Assembly: GCA_963665665.1 (NCBI GenBank)
Contig: OY762428.1
Location: 640,001 to 704,000, forward strand
DNA length: 64,000 nt
Direction of reading: 5' to 3'
Source of the DNA: Candidatus Kapaibacterium sp.
Lineage (GTDB): Bacteria; Bacteroidota; Ignavibacteria; Kapaibacteriales; UBA2268
Made by a program: the position numbers and the translations under genes. The notes under the pieces were generated by a model, which was not told the origin of the DNA, searched no databases, and saw only the letters and a program-made list of their open reading frames with translations. Positions 1-9,384 of this stretch are shown in pieces; position 1 is the first letter of the stretch, and each line of letters begins with the position of its first letter.

Positions 1-849
1 GCTGTTTAACTGACATTCTGCCATAGGATCAATTTCAAATAAAACTCCTGTGGTAGGGTAAATAATATTATAGATCAGGTTCCCTTCTTTATCAATTTTT
101 GTTGTACATTTATTATCCCAGGGTGTATCGTCAAAATTAGAATCAACACCCGAAAAAATGATATTATCATCACTATCAACTGCAATCCACCTGACTTCAT
201 ATCCCGATATTGATTTTTTTCTAAACAGGACTGAACCGTCTTCTTTATTTAAAATATAGTAATTATAATCCAACATGGAATGTGTGTCTGATCTTAGAAC
301 GATCAGATCATCATTACTATTTAATGCAATAATAAGTACATAGTTTGCAAAATATTTTTTCCATTCAAGAATTCCGTCCCTATTAATTTTACAGAAATTT
401 TCGCAATATCCATAACGGCAATAAATATTACCCTCTTTGTCAGAAATAAGATATGAGAATATGGGAACAACTTCGGGATTTTTAAATGACCATAATATTT
501 TGCCGTCGGGAGAGTATTTTTCCAACCTGTTTTGGGTACCAATTATAATATTATCCCAGGGGTCAATACAAATAGTCGGGAGCCTGTCTTCCGGAAACAT
601 AATTTCCCATAATCGATTTGAATTCGAATCCATTTTGACTAAATATGTTTTCCAATCTTTTTTATGGCCCGGTTGGATATTCGTAACAAAAATAACATTA
701 CCTTTGGAATCGTAATCAATATCATACGTCGTTGCTCCTGCATAATATGCAGCCCAGTCTAAGTGAATTGGGATGCTGTCTCTTGTTTGTGAGTAGGATG
801 AAGATAGTGATATTATAAAAACTAAAATAGATAGTATTAAAGCACGCAT
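1..849 (-). CDS. 5' part of a fourth tandem paralog (signal peptide + beta-propeller-like head); runs off the window edge
   Basis: Not in the ORF track. Manual translation from ATG at 849 (preceded by GGAGTTTTT) gives MRALILSILVFIISLSSSYSQTRDSIPIHLDWAAYY...; DNA ~105-500 is near-identical to ~8330-8725 of the 5402 gene. The frame is also open upstream to ATG 1077. Confidence 0.88.
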   Translation of the reverse strand, partial: MRALILSILVFIISLSSSYSQTRDSIPIHLDWAAYYAGATTYDIDYDSKGNVIFVTNIQPGHKKDWKTYLVKMDSNSNRLWEIMFPEDRLPTICIDPWDNIIIGTQNRLEKYSPDGKILWSFKNPEVVPIFSYLISDKEGNIYCRYGYCENFCKINRDGILEWKKYFANYVLIIALNSNDDLIVLRSDTHSMLDYNYYILNKEDGSVLFRKKSISGYEVRWIAVDSDDNIIFSGVDSNFDDTPWDNKCTTKIDKEGNLIYNIIYPTTGVLFEIDPMAECQLNS

Positions 850-880
850 AAAAACTCCGGGATAGTATGATTCTAAACTT

Positions 881-1046
881 GGATTAATAGGATTTATAGG
901 ATGTATAGGATGAATTGGATTATTGGGATGTATAGGATTAATAGGATGAACAGGATGAACAGGATGAATTGGATGAACAGGATAAATAGGATGTATAGGA
1001 TAAATAGGATAAATAGGATGAACAGGATAAATAGGATTATTGGGAT
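881..1046. repeat. 9-bp tandem repeat array (19 GGAT cores at 9-bp spacing); reads (P-I/V-H/N/Y)n on the minus strand
   Basis: GGAT at 881, 890, ... 1043; units such as ataggatga, acaggatga, ataggatta. Confidence 0.95.
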
Positions 1047-1074
1047 AATCAATCTTATTTTTTGTTGGATATGG

Positions 1075-1648
1075 CATATTTTCATCCTCTCCTTTTTTAT
1101 TCTTGTGATTTAGCTAATATAACAAATTATCCGGTATAAAGTTGCAGGGGTTGTGAATTATTATTTCCGGCCCTGTCTCAATCCCCGCAGATCTTTCACT
1201 CTGAGCGCAGCGAAGAGTCCATTCTTTATACATTCCCCCTCATTACGAAGTTGTAATTCGTAATGCAGTTTTCTTTTGAAGCTGAGCTTCTCTATTTCAA
1301 AGTAGAACTTTGCAGGAAAAATTCATTCCCAAGTACAACTTGGGAAGGAGGGAAAATCACCTGTCCCCCGCTGGCGGGGGTGTCCGAAGGACGGGGGTGG
1401 ACTTCCGGAAAATTCCCCTCGTTGAGGGGTGGCGAGCGCAGCGAGTCGGGGTGGATTCTTCACACACTATCTGCAAACAAAGATGGATTCTTCGGTCGCT
1501 TCGCTCTCTCAGAATGACCGCTTTTAGTTCAGGGATGCCTGTTACCAGAGAAGAATCCACCCCCGCCTCTCCGCCGGACGGGAATGACCGCTTTATACAA
1601 TTTTTATATATTTTCAAAGTTCAGCTGAATAGTAACATTTCGTTTATC
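1075..1648. repeat. Conserved intergenic unit of the paralog array, here expanded by nested REP-like modules
   Basis: 1075-1230 and 1485-1648 align with 5134-5401, 9150-9384 and (in part) 13354-13502. Confidence 0.9.
1116..1124 (-). promoter_or_regulatory. Putative extended -10 promoter (TGTTATATT), conserved ahead of all four tandem paralogs (also 5174-5182, 9157-9165, 13395-13403)
   Basis: Identical TG-T-TATATT on the minus strand ~40-45 nt upstream of the conserved ATG-CC start in each copy; no convincing -35 found. Confidence 0.4.
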
Positions 1649-4600
1649 TTACTCCACAACCAGCTTATCATAATAAATGCCGGTGGCGGTTTTCAGGATG
1701 AGGAAGTAGAGGCCTGAGGATAATTCCTGAATGTTTATTTTAATATTGTCTTTGCTGTTAATGGGAAGTTCGCGGAGGAGCTTGCCCTGTGAATCGTATA
1801 TTTCAAGGCTTTGGAGATTGGAGATGTCGCCGCTGAGATTGATTTCGATTTGGCCGGTTGCAGGGTTGGGACAGGCTGTGATGCCGGGGATGGCGAATGT
1901 GGATATGGCGCGAAGGTCGCCAATGCAGATCTCTTCGACCTTCAGCAGGCCGTTTTGGGTGGAATTGTCGATATAAGGGCTGTCCCACTCGAAGCTGTTT
2001 ATTTTTAATTCGCATTCTCGAATGTCGGAAAGAAGCAGGCCGCCGGATAGTTCCGCTATTGCCTGTTCGCCTTTGCTAAGGCTGATGTTCTCGCCTGATA
2101 TGCTTAAAATCCGCTCCCTGCCTGATATTTCATTGCTGAGAATGGTTGCGTTGTCAATTCCCGAAAGGTCGTAAAGATAGGCGTCAAGACTTATTTCAGC
2201 GGTGTAGGAAAGTCCGCTTACATCCTCGGTGGAATTCAGGTTTACCATTAACGGGATGCGGAAATCAGGATCGCCTATCGTACCCGATGTTTCGGGGAAT
2301 AAAATCAGGTTTTCATGTTTTACTATTCCTGATATATCTATAGTATCCCGGTATTCGCAGAATGGCCCGTTGAATTTAATATATATTTTATCTTCATATT
2401 CTCCTGCAATGCCTGAAAATAAAGATACAGTCAGCATTTCCGAAAGTCCCGCATTGATTTTCCTTCCTGCCATGTCGGGAGCAATTGAAAATTCGGCTGC
2501 ATTTTCAAGGTTGATTTCTTCTATCGTAAAATCATATTCTGCCGTGTTCTTTAATTCAATTTGTTCTGTTGCGTTTTCGCTGATCCTTGCTGAAACCGAG
2601 ACGAATTCCGGAATATCGTAAAGTATTGTGTATCTTTCACCTTGCAGCTCTGTAATGAATTCCACTTCAACCATATCGATCAATATTATATTTCGAGCCT
2701 GTGCTGTTTTCGGGCCGTTTATGGATGATTCGGGAGTGAAAATGACTTTCTCAATTATTGATTCTCCGGGCAGAATCTCAATATTCTCATAATTGTCTTC
2801 GAATGAAAACAGCTCTTTGTCAGCGCCTTGAATTTCTCCTGAAAGTAGTGATATTGGTAGTTTGCCGGTGTTTTTAATCTCAATATCCATCGTTTTGGAC
2901 TGGCAGAATTCAGTTTCATTATAATTGCAAATGGGAGTTACTTCAACGGAGGATTTTATGCCTGTGGCATCAATTCTGAAAGCCACTGTATCAGGGCAGG
3001 GGCCTTGAATAATGATCTGCGGCCATGCTGAATAATCGATAGGATCACTTAGTTTGATCTTTGTATCAATTTCATAATTCTCTCCGGCAGGGATAGTAAA
3101 TGATTGCGGCTGAATTTCCAGCCAGGCATGGTTCTCAATTATTTCGGATATTGTTAGTTCGAAGCCGTTGTGATTGGTGAGTACACATTTCAAAGTTGAA
3201 TTGCGGTTTATTCCCACATTGCCGAAGGAAATATTCTCAGCAGTGAGGTTCACAGATTCGGTCTCGCCGCGAAGCCGGACAGTGCGGAATTCCTCCTCAG
3301 GATGGTCGGTTTTGATCCTCAGTTCGCCAGTTTTCAGCCCGTCGGGCGCTTGTGGGGTAAAGCGTATCACATAAAAAGCGGTGTCGAGAAAATTAAGGAC
3401 AGTCCCCATTGGCGTGGCCGACACAATTTCAAAATCATCTTTATTATTAAGGTATCCTTCGTCAAGGAGTTCAACCGGGGCTGCGCCGCAGTTCACAAGC
3501 CTGACGGTGTCTTGCGGGGTCTTGCAGTCAGCCACGAAGCCGTAATCAATATCGTTGGCTTTTAGCTCGTAGCGAAGTGTAATAGTATGCAGGTTTACAA
3601 AGCCGTCTATCGGACAGGCCTCGCCAATCTTTTGAGTTTCAATCGAAAGGGTATCGAAATATTCCTCTTCTGCTGTGCCCTGGACTGTCATTGTAACTAT
3701 CATGCTGTCGCCGGGAATGAGGACTGCCGGTATAGCCGGGTCTGTTTCACTGATCCTGAATGGCAGATCGAACTCATTTAAGTCGCTGATATACAAATCT
3801 GAAGTTCCGGTATTGTGTATTGTGAACGTCTTTTCTGGTCTTTTCCCGAACTTCACATACCCGAAGTCAATATCATTGCTGATCTCCATTCCCGGCTCGA
3901 CAACGAGGGCTTTTATCAGCAGGGAATCCATTACAGCATCGTCTTCATTGCAGTAGATGTACATCATTGTTTCAATCGGCCCGGTTTTGTCCGGGGCAAT
4001 ATGTATTCTCACACCAAGGGTATCATTCCAGAAAAGAGAATCCCCGCGCATGAATTCGCCCGAGAAATGCTCTGAGTCAGTAAACACCGGCGGCTTTAGT
4101 TGCAGGCCGAAATCCGAGAAATTCTTAACTGCCGCATATCCTGTTTTCGTATCGCCAAGGCATATTTTCCCAAGATCAAGGGCACTAATTTCGTTAAAAT
4201 TGTTATATTTTACTATTTGAAAATGAATTTTTGTTTTGGTACTCGCCGTTCTTACAATTCTAAAACCAACATATTCAGATTTATACTTAAGATACTTTGG
4301 ACAATTCCTATCGGACGCTCTACAATATGCAGATCTATTCCCAAAACATCCCCCTCTCATAACATGGACCCTCCCTTTAATTGGCCCTCGAGGATCAACT
4401 GAAGGTGCTTCTTCGTAATATTTAGAATCATACCAGTCCCAAACCCATTCCCATACATTACCAATCATATCAAAAAGACCGTATGAATTTGGATCTTTCT
4501 TACCTACATTATGAGTCTCATTGTTTGAATTTCCACAATACCACGCAATTTTATTCTCATTGTTATCAATTGGGAAACAATCAAAATTATCAATATTTCC

Positions 4601-5065
4601 AGAATATATGTCAGTTGATGTTCCTGCTCTGGATGCACATTCCCATTCAACATCAGTTGGAAGCCTATATCCAGATGCTTCAAAATCACATATTACATTT
4701 TCATTTTCAATTATATAACAAGGCTCTAATCCGTCAATTTTTGATAAATTATTACAGAATTCAATGGCTTCAAACCACGAAATATTTTCGACTGGCCTGT
4801 TTTTACCATGAAAAACACTATTATTATATCCCATAACATTTTCCCAATCAGCTTGACTAATCTCGAATTTACCAATATAAAAACTATAGGATATTGTTGC
4901 CTTATGAACTGGAGTTTCATCACGATGAGACTCAGGAAATGAAGTAATATTGCCTCTAATATAAGAACAACTATCAATTTTTATCATTTTTTCAATAAAA
5001 TAAGCATCTTTGGAGAATGCACGATAGCAACTTAGTATTAATAGAATCATTATAATAAAACGCAT
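1649..5065 (-). CDS. Secreted modular protein: FGE-sulfatase (SUMF1/C-type-lectin-fold) head + Ig-like repeat stalk (choice-of-anchor D/ASH-like) + cohesin-like domain + T9SS CTD
   Basis: Signal peptide; FGE motifs RLPTDVEWE, NSYGLFDMIGNVWEW, RGG, GFRIVR; repeated DFG..N.G motifs; C-terminus PNPA...IYDSQGK...LSSGLYFL...KLVVE. Confidence 0.88.
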   Translation of the reverse strand: MRFIIMILLILSCYRAFSKDAYFIEKMIKIDSCSYIRGNITSFPESHRDETPVHKATISYSFYIGKFEISQADWENVMGYNNSVFHGKNRPVENISWFEAIEFCNNLSKIDGLEPCYIIENENVICDFEASGYRLPTDVEWECASRAGTSTDIYSGNIDNFDCFPIDNNENKIAWYCGNSNNETHNVGKKDPNSYGLFDMIGNVWEWVWDWYDSKYYEEAPSVDPRGPIKGRVHVMRGGCFGNRSAYCRASDRNCPKYLKYKSEYVGFRIVRTASTKTKIHFQIVKYNNFNEISALDLGKICLGDTKTGYAAVKNFSDFGLQLKPPVFTDSEHFSGEFMRGDSLFWNDTLGVRIHIAPDKTGPIETMMYIYCNEDDAVMDSLLIKALVVEPGMEISNDIDFGYVKFGKRPEKTFTIHNTGTSDLYISDLNEFDLPFRISETDPAIPAVLIPGDSMIVTMTVQGTAEEEYFDTLSIETQKIGEACPIDGFVNLHTITLRYELKANDIDYGFVADCKTPQDTVRLVNCGAAPVELLDEGYLNNKDDFEIVSATPMGTVLNFLDTAFYVIRFTPQAPDGLKTGELRIKTDHPEEEFRTVRLRGETESVNLTAENISFGNVGINRNSTLKCVLTNHNGFELTISEIIENHAWLEIQPQSFTIPAGENYEIDTKIKLSDPIDYSAWPQIIIQGPCPDTVAFRIDATGIKSSVEVTPICNYNETEFCQSKTMDIEIKNTGKLPISLLSGEIQGADKELFSFEDNYENIEILPGESIIEKVIFTPESSINGPKTAQARNIILIDMVEVEFITELQGERYTILYDIPEFVSVSARISENATEQIELKNTAEYDFTIEEINLENAAEFSIAPDMAGRKINAGLSEMLTVSLFSGIAGEYEDKIYIKFNGPFCEYRDTIDISGIVKHENLILFPETSGTIGDPDFRIPLMVNLNSTEDVSGLSYTAEISLDAYLYDLSGIDNATILSNEISGRERILSISGENISLSKGEQAIAELSGGLLLSDIRECELKINSFEWDSPYIDNSTQNGLLKVEEICIGDLRAISTFAIPGITACPNPATGQIEINLSGDISNLQSLEIYDSQGKLLRELPINSKDNIKINIQELSSGLYFLILKTATGIYYDKLVVE

Positions 5066-5253
5066 AAAAACTCCAGAATAGTTTATTATTACATGTATGT
5101 CAATTGTATATTATTAAATTTGTACTTGTCCGGCATATTTTCATCCTCTCCTTTTTTTTTCTCGTGATTTATAAATATAACAAATTATCCGGTATAAAGT
5201 TGCAGGGGTTGTGAATTATTATTTCCGGCCCTGTCTCAATCCCCGCAGATCTT

Positions 5254-5341
5254 TCACTCTGAGCGCAGCGAAGAATCCATTCTTTATGATTTTCTGCTAT
5301 TTTATATGGATTCTTCGGTCGCTTCGCTTTCTCAGAATGAC
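5254..5341. repeat. REP-like palindrome pair (TCACTCTGAGCGCAGCGAAGAATCC...GGATTCTTCGGTCGCTTCGCTTTCTCAGAATGAC); related copies at 1196-1518, 9236-9324, 13724-13813, 19661-19725, 44345-44408
   Basis: Inverted-repeat arms seen directly, six or more copies in the window. Confidence 0.85.
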
Positions 5342-5401
5342 CGCTTTATACAATTTTTATATATTTTCAAAGTTCAGCTGAATAGTAACATTTCGTTTTC
5401 C

Positions 5402-8400
5402 TTACTCCACAACCACCTTATCATAATAAACGCCGGTGGCGGTTTTCAGGATGAGGAAGTAAAGTCCTGAGGACAAGTCCTGAATGTTTATTTTAATTTT
5501 GTCTTCGCTGTTGACGGGGTGTTCGCGGAGGAGCTTGCCCTGTGAATCATATATTTCAAGGCTCTGCGGATTGGAAATGTCCCCGCTGAGGTTGATTTCG
5601 ATTTGGCCTGTTGCAGGGTTGGGACAGGCTGTGATGCCGGGGATGGCGAATGTGGATATGGCCCGAAGGTCGCCGATGCAAATTTCTTCGACCTTGAGCA
5701 GGCCGTTTTGGGTGGAATTGTCGATATAGGGGCTGTTCCACTCGAAACTGTTTATTTTTAATTCGCATTCTCGAATGTCGGACAGGAGCAGGCCGCCGGA
5801 TAGTTCTGCTATTGCCTGTTCGCCTTTGCTAAGGCTGATGTTCTCGCCCGATATGCTTAAAATACGCTCCCTGCCTGATATTTTATTGCTGAGAATGTTT
5901 GCGTTGTCAATTCCCGTAAGGTCGTAAAGGTAGGCGTCAAGGCTGATCTCGGCGGTGTAGGACAATCCGCTTATATCCTCGGTGGAATTCAGGTTCAACA
6001 TTAACGGGATGCGGAAATCAGGATCGCCTATAGTTCCTATTGTTTCGGGGAAGAAAATCAGGTTTTCATGTTTTACTATTCCGGATATTTCAATTGTATC
6101 GCGGTATTCGCAGAAAGGCCCGGCAAACTTCAGGTATATTTTATCTTCATAATCTCCTGCAATGTTTGAAAATAAAGATACAGTCAGCATTTCCGAAAGT
6201 CCCGCATTGATTTTCCTTCCTGCCAGGTCGGGAGTAATAGAAAATTCGGCTGCGTTTTCAAGGCTGATTTCTTCTATAGTAAAATCATATTCGCCGGTAT
6301 TCTTGAATTCAATTTGTTCTGTTCCGTTTTCGCTGATCCTTGCCGAAACCGAGACTGATTCAGGAATTTCGTAAAGTATGGTATATCTTTCGCCTTGCAG
6401 TTCTGTAATAAATTCTTCCTCAACCATATCGATCAATATTATATTTCGAGCCTGAGCCGTTTTCGGGCCGTTTGTTGATGATTCGGGAGTGAATACAACT
6501 TTCTCAATGATGGAATTTCCCGGCAGAATCTCCAAATTTTCATAACTATCTTCGAATGAAAACAGCTCTTTATCAGTTCCTTGAATCTCCCCGGAAAGTA
6601 GTGTTAGCGGTAGTTTACCGGTGTTTTTAATCTCAATATCCATCGTTTTGGACTGGCAGAATTCCGTTTCATTATAATTGCAAATGGGAGTTACCTCAAC
6701 GGAGGATTTTATGCCGGTAGCGTCAATTCTGAAAGCCACTGTATCCGGGCAGGGGCCTTGAATAATGATCTGCGGCCATGCTGAATAATCGATAGGATCG
6801 CTTAGGTTGATTTTCGCATCTATTTCATAATCCTCGCCTGCCGGGATGATGAATGATTGCGGCTGAATTTCCAGCCAGTCATGATTCTCAATTATTGAGG
6901 AAATAGTCAGGTCAAAGCCGTTGTGGTTGGTGAGTACGCATTTCAAAGTTGAATCGCGGTTTATTCCTACATTGCCGAAGGAAATATTCTCAGCAGTGAG
7001 GTTCACAGATTCTGTCTCGCCGCGAAGCCTGACAGTACGGAATCCCTCTTCAGGGTGATCTGTCTTAATCCTCAGTTCGCCATTTTTCAGGCCGTCGGGC
7101 GCTTTTGGGGTAAAGCGTATAACGTAGAACGCGGTGTCGAGAAAATTGAGGACAGTCCCCATTGGTGTTGCCGACACAATTTCAAAATCATCTTTATTAT
7201 TAAGGTATCCTTCGTCAATGAGTTTAACCGGGGCTGCGCCGCAGTTCACAAGCCTGACGGTATCTAACGGGGTCTTGCAGTCTGCCACGAAGCCGTAATC
7301 AATATCGTTTGCAGCAAGTTCATAACGCAGTGTTATAGTATGCAGTTTCACAAAACCGTCAATCGGACAGGCCTCGCCAATCTTTTGGGTTTCAACGGAT
7401 AGCGTATCAAAATACTCCTCTTCGGCTGTGCCCTGAACTGTCATTGTAACTATCATGCTGTCGCCGGGAATGAGGACTGCCGGTATAGCCGGGGCTGTTT
7501 CGTAAACCTTAAAAGGCAGCTCAATATCGTTAAAACCGCTGATATACAGGTCTGAAGTTCCGGTATTTTGGATTGTGAATGTCTTTTCTGGCCTTTTTCC
7601 GAACTTCACATACCCGAAGTCAATATCATTGCTGATCTCCATTCCCGGCTCAACGACGAGGGCTTTTATCAGCAGGGAGTCCATTACAGCATCGTCTTCA
7701 TTGCAGTATATGTACATCATTGTTTCAATCGGCCCGGTTTTGTCCGGGGCAACATGTATTCTAACGCCAAGCGTATCATTCCAGAAAAGCGAATCCCCGC
7801 GCATGTATTCGCCCGTGAAATGCTCTGACTCAGTAAACACAGGCGGTTTAAGCTCAAGGCCGAAATCCGAGAAATTCTTAACTGCCGCAAAGCCTGTTTT
7901 AGTATCGCCAAGGCATATTTTACCAAGATCAAGGGTATCAAACTGCTCTTCAATATCTTTATCGTAAATCTCAAAATTAATTCTCTCAACGGTAAATTTT
8001 GCGAGGAATGCTGGATGGCCGGGTACCTGGTAATCTGTATTTACAGGGTTCCATACTTTTGGAAGATTATCTTCCGCACGGCCGCCAACTAATATTGTAT
8101 TTGGCGGTTCAAATTTTATTGTAAATAGAGAAACAGGAACATTGTATTTCCACAATATCTTTCCATTAGGATCAATTTTATAAATTGCATGAGTTGAAGC
8201 TATATAAGCATTTCCGAACTGATCAACAGCATTTATCTGGTATTCATTCATCGGATCTACATCAAATAAAGCTTCGTTAGTGGGGTAAATAATATTATAA
8301 ATCAGGTTCCCATCCTTATCAATCTTTGCAGTACATTTATTATCCCAGGGTGTATCGTCAAAATTACAATCAACACCCGAAAAAATAATATTATCATCAC

Positions 8401-9112
8401 TATCGACTGCAATCCACCTGACTTCATATCCCGATATTGATTTTTTTCTAAACAGGACTGAACCGTCTTCTTTATTTAAAATATAGTAATTATAATCCAA
8501 CATGGAATGTGTGTCTGATCTTAGAACGATCAGATCATCATTACTATTTAATGCAATAATAAGTACATCGTTTGCAAAATATTTTTTCCATTCAAGAATT
8601 CCGTCTTTATTAATTTTACAGAAATTTTCGCAATATCCATAACGGCAATAAATATTTCCTTCTTTATCTGAAATAAGATATGAGAATATGGGAACAACTT
8701 CGGGATCTTTGAATGACCATAATAGTTCACCGTCGGGAGAGTATTTTTCAAGAGTTTTATTTGTTCCGATAATAATGTTGTCCCAGGGATCAATACAAAT
8801 AGTCGGCAGCCTTTCTTTAAGCAATAATTTTTCCCATATCCGATTGGAATTAGAATCCAATTTGACTAAATAGGTTTCCCAGTCTATTTTATATCCCGGT
8901 TCATAATCTGTTACAAAAACAACATTACCTTTTGAGTCGTAATCAATATCATCCGTTGTTGCTCCTGTATAATATGCAGCCCAGTCTAAGTGAATGGGGA
9001 TGCTGTCAATGTTACGGGAAAAGGCTGATAAATAAGAAATGATAAAGATTGACATAAATATAAGGGAACGCGAAAGTATATAATCAAAAATATTTTTGTA
9101 TTTGTCCGGCAT
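5402..9112 (-). CDS. Secreted modular protein: beta-propeller-like (SBBP/PQQ-like) head + conserved Ig-repeat stalk + T9SS CTD
   Basis: ORF 5402-9127; start placed at MPDKYK (9112) by comparison with paralog leaders; D..GN / K...DG...W blade motifs; stalk nearly identical to the 1649 gene. Confidence 0.88.
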   Translation of the reverse strand: MPDKYKNIFDYILSRSLIFMSIFIISYLSAFSRNIDSIPIHLDWAAYYTGATTDDIDYDSKGNVVFVTDYEPGYKIDWETYLVKLDSNSNRIWEKLLLKERLPTICIDPWDNIIIGTNKTLEKYSPDGELLWSFKDPEVVPIFSYLISDKEGNIYCRYGYCENFCKINKDGILEWKKYFANDVLIIALNSNDDLIVLRSDTHSMLDYNYYILNKEDGSVLFRKKSISGYEVRWIAVDSDDNIIFSGVDCNFDDTPWDNKCTAKIDKDGNLIYNIIYPTNEALFDVDPMNEYQINAVDQFGNAYIASTHAIYKIDPNGKILWKYNVPVSLFTIKFEPPNTILVGGRAEDNLPKVWNPVNTDYQVPGHPAFLAKFTVERINFEIYDKDIEEQFDTLDLGKICLGDTKTGFAAVKNFSDFGLELKPPVFTESEHFTGEYMRGDSLFWNDTLGVRIHVAPDKTGPIETMMYIYCNEDDAVMDSLLIKALVVEPGMEISNDIDFGYVKFGKRPEKTFTIQNTGTSDLYISGFNDIELPFKVYETAPAIPAVLIPGDSMIVTMTVQGTAEEEYFDTLSVETQKIGEACPIDGFVKLHTITLRYELAANDIDYGFVADCKTPLDTVRLVNCGAAPVKLIDEGYLNNKDDFEIVSATPMGTVLNFLDTAFYVIRFTPKAPDGLKNGELRIKTDHPEEGFRTVRLRGETESVNLTAENISFGNVGINRDSTLKCVLTNHNGFDLTISSIIENHDWLEIQPQSFIIPAGEDYEIDAKINLSDPIDYSAWPQIIIQGPCPDTVAFRIDATGIKSSVEVTPICNYNETEFCQSKTMDIEIKNTGKLPLTLLSGEIQGTDKELFSFEDSYENLEILPGNSIIEKVVFTPESSTNGPKTAQARNIILIDMVEEEFITELQGERYTILYEIPESVSVSARISENGTEQIEFKNTGEYDFTIEEISLENAAEFSITPDLAGRKINAGLSEMLTVSLFSNIAGDYEDKIYLKFAGPFCEYRDTIEISGIVKHENLIFFPETIGTIGDPDFRIPLMLNLNSTEDISGLSYTAEISLDAYLYDLTGIDNANILSNKISGRERILSISGENISLSKGEQAIAELSGGLLLSDIRECELKINSFEWNSPYIDNSTQNGLLKVEEICIGDLRAISTFAIPGITACPNPATGQIEINLSGDISNPQSLEIYDSQGKLLREHPVNSEDKIKINIQDLSSGLYFLILKTATGVYYDKVVVE

Positions 9113-9384
9113 GGTCTCCATCCTCATTTTTTCTTATTATTATGATAATATATGTAAATATAACAAATTATACGGCATAAAGTTGCAGGGGTTTTGAATT
9201 ATTATTTCCGGCCCTGTCTCAAACCCCGCAGAGCTGTCACTCTGAGCGCAGCGAAGAGTCCATTCTTCAAGATTTTCTGCTATTTTGTATGGATTCTTCG
9301 GTCGCTTCGCTTTCTCAGAATGACCGCTTTATACAATTTTTCCAGATTTCCAAAGTTCAGCTGAATAGTAACTTTCGTTTATCC

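Noticed and set aside
894-1113. ORFs MKICH..ILFILF (-) and MYRMNW..RMNRIN (+), and equivalents at 13116-13392
   Set aside because: Alternative-frame readings of the 9-bp repeat; the MKICH ATG is only 3 nt from the AGGAG motif.
1263-1717. Short ORFs over intergenic GC-rich DNA (also 13432-13966, 17627-17869, 19391-19687, 25411-25623, 44102-44296, 45539-45736)
   Set aside because: They are translations of REP-like palindromes with no protein-like features.
1-9112. Complete diversity-generating retroelement acting on the heads
   Set aside because: No RT or accessory gene; the similar head segments are both coding and their differences are not adenine-restricted (e.g. GAT versus TAT).
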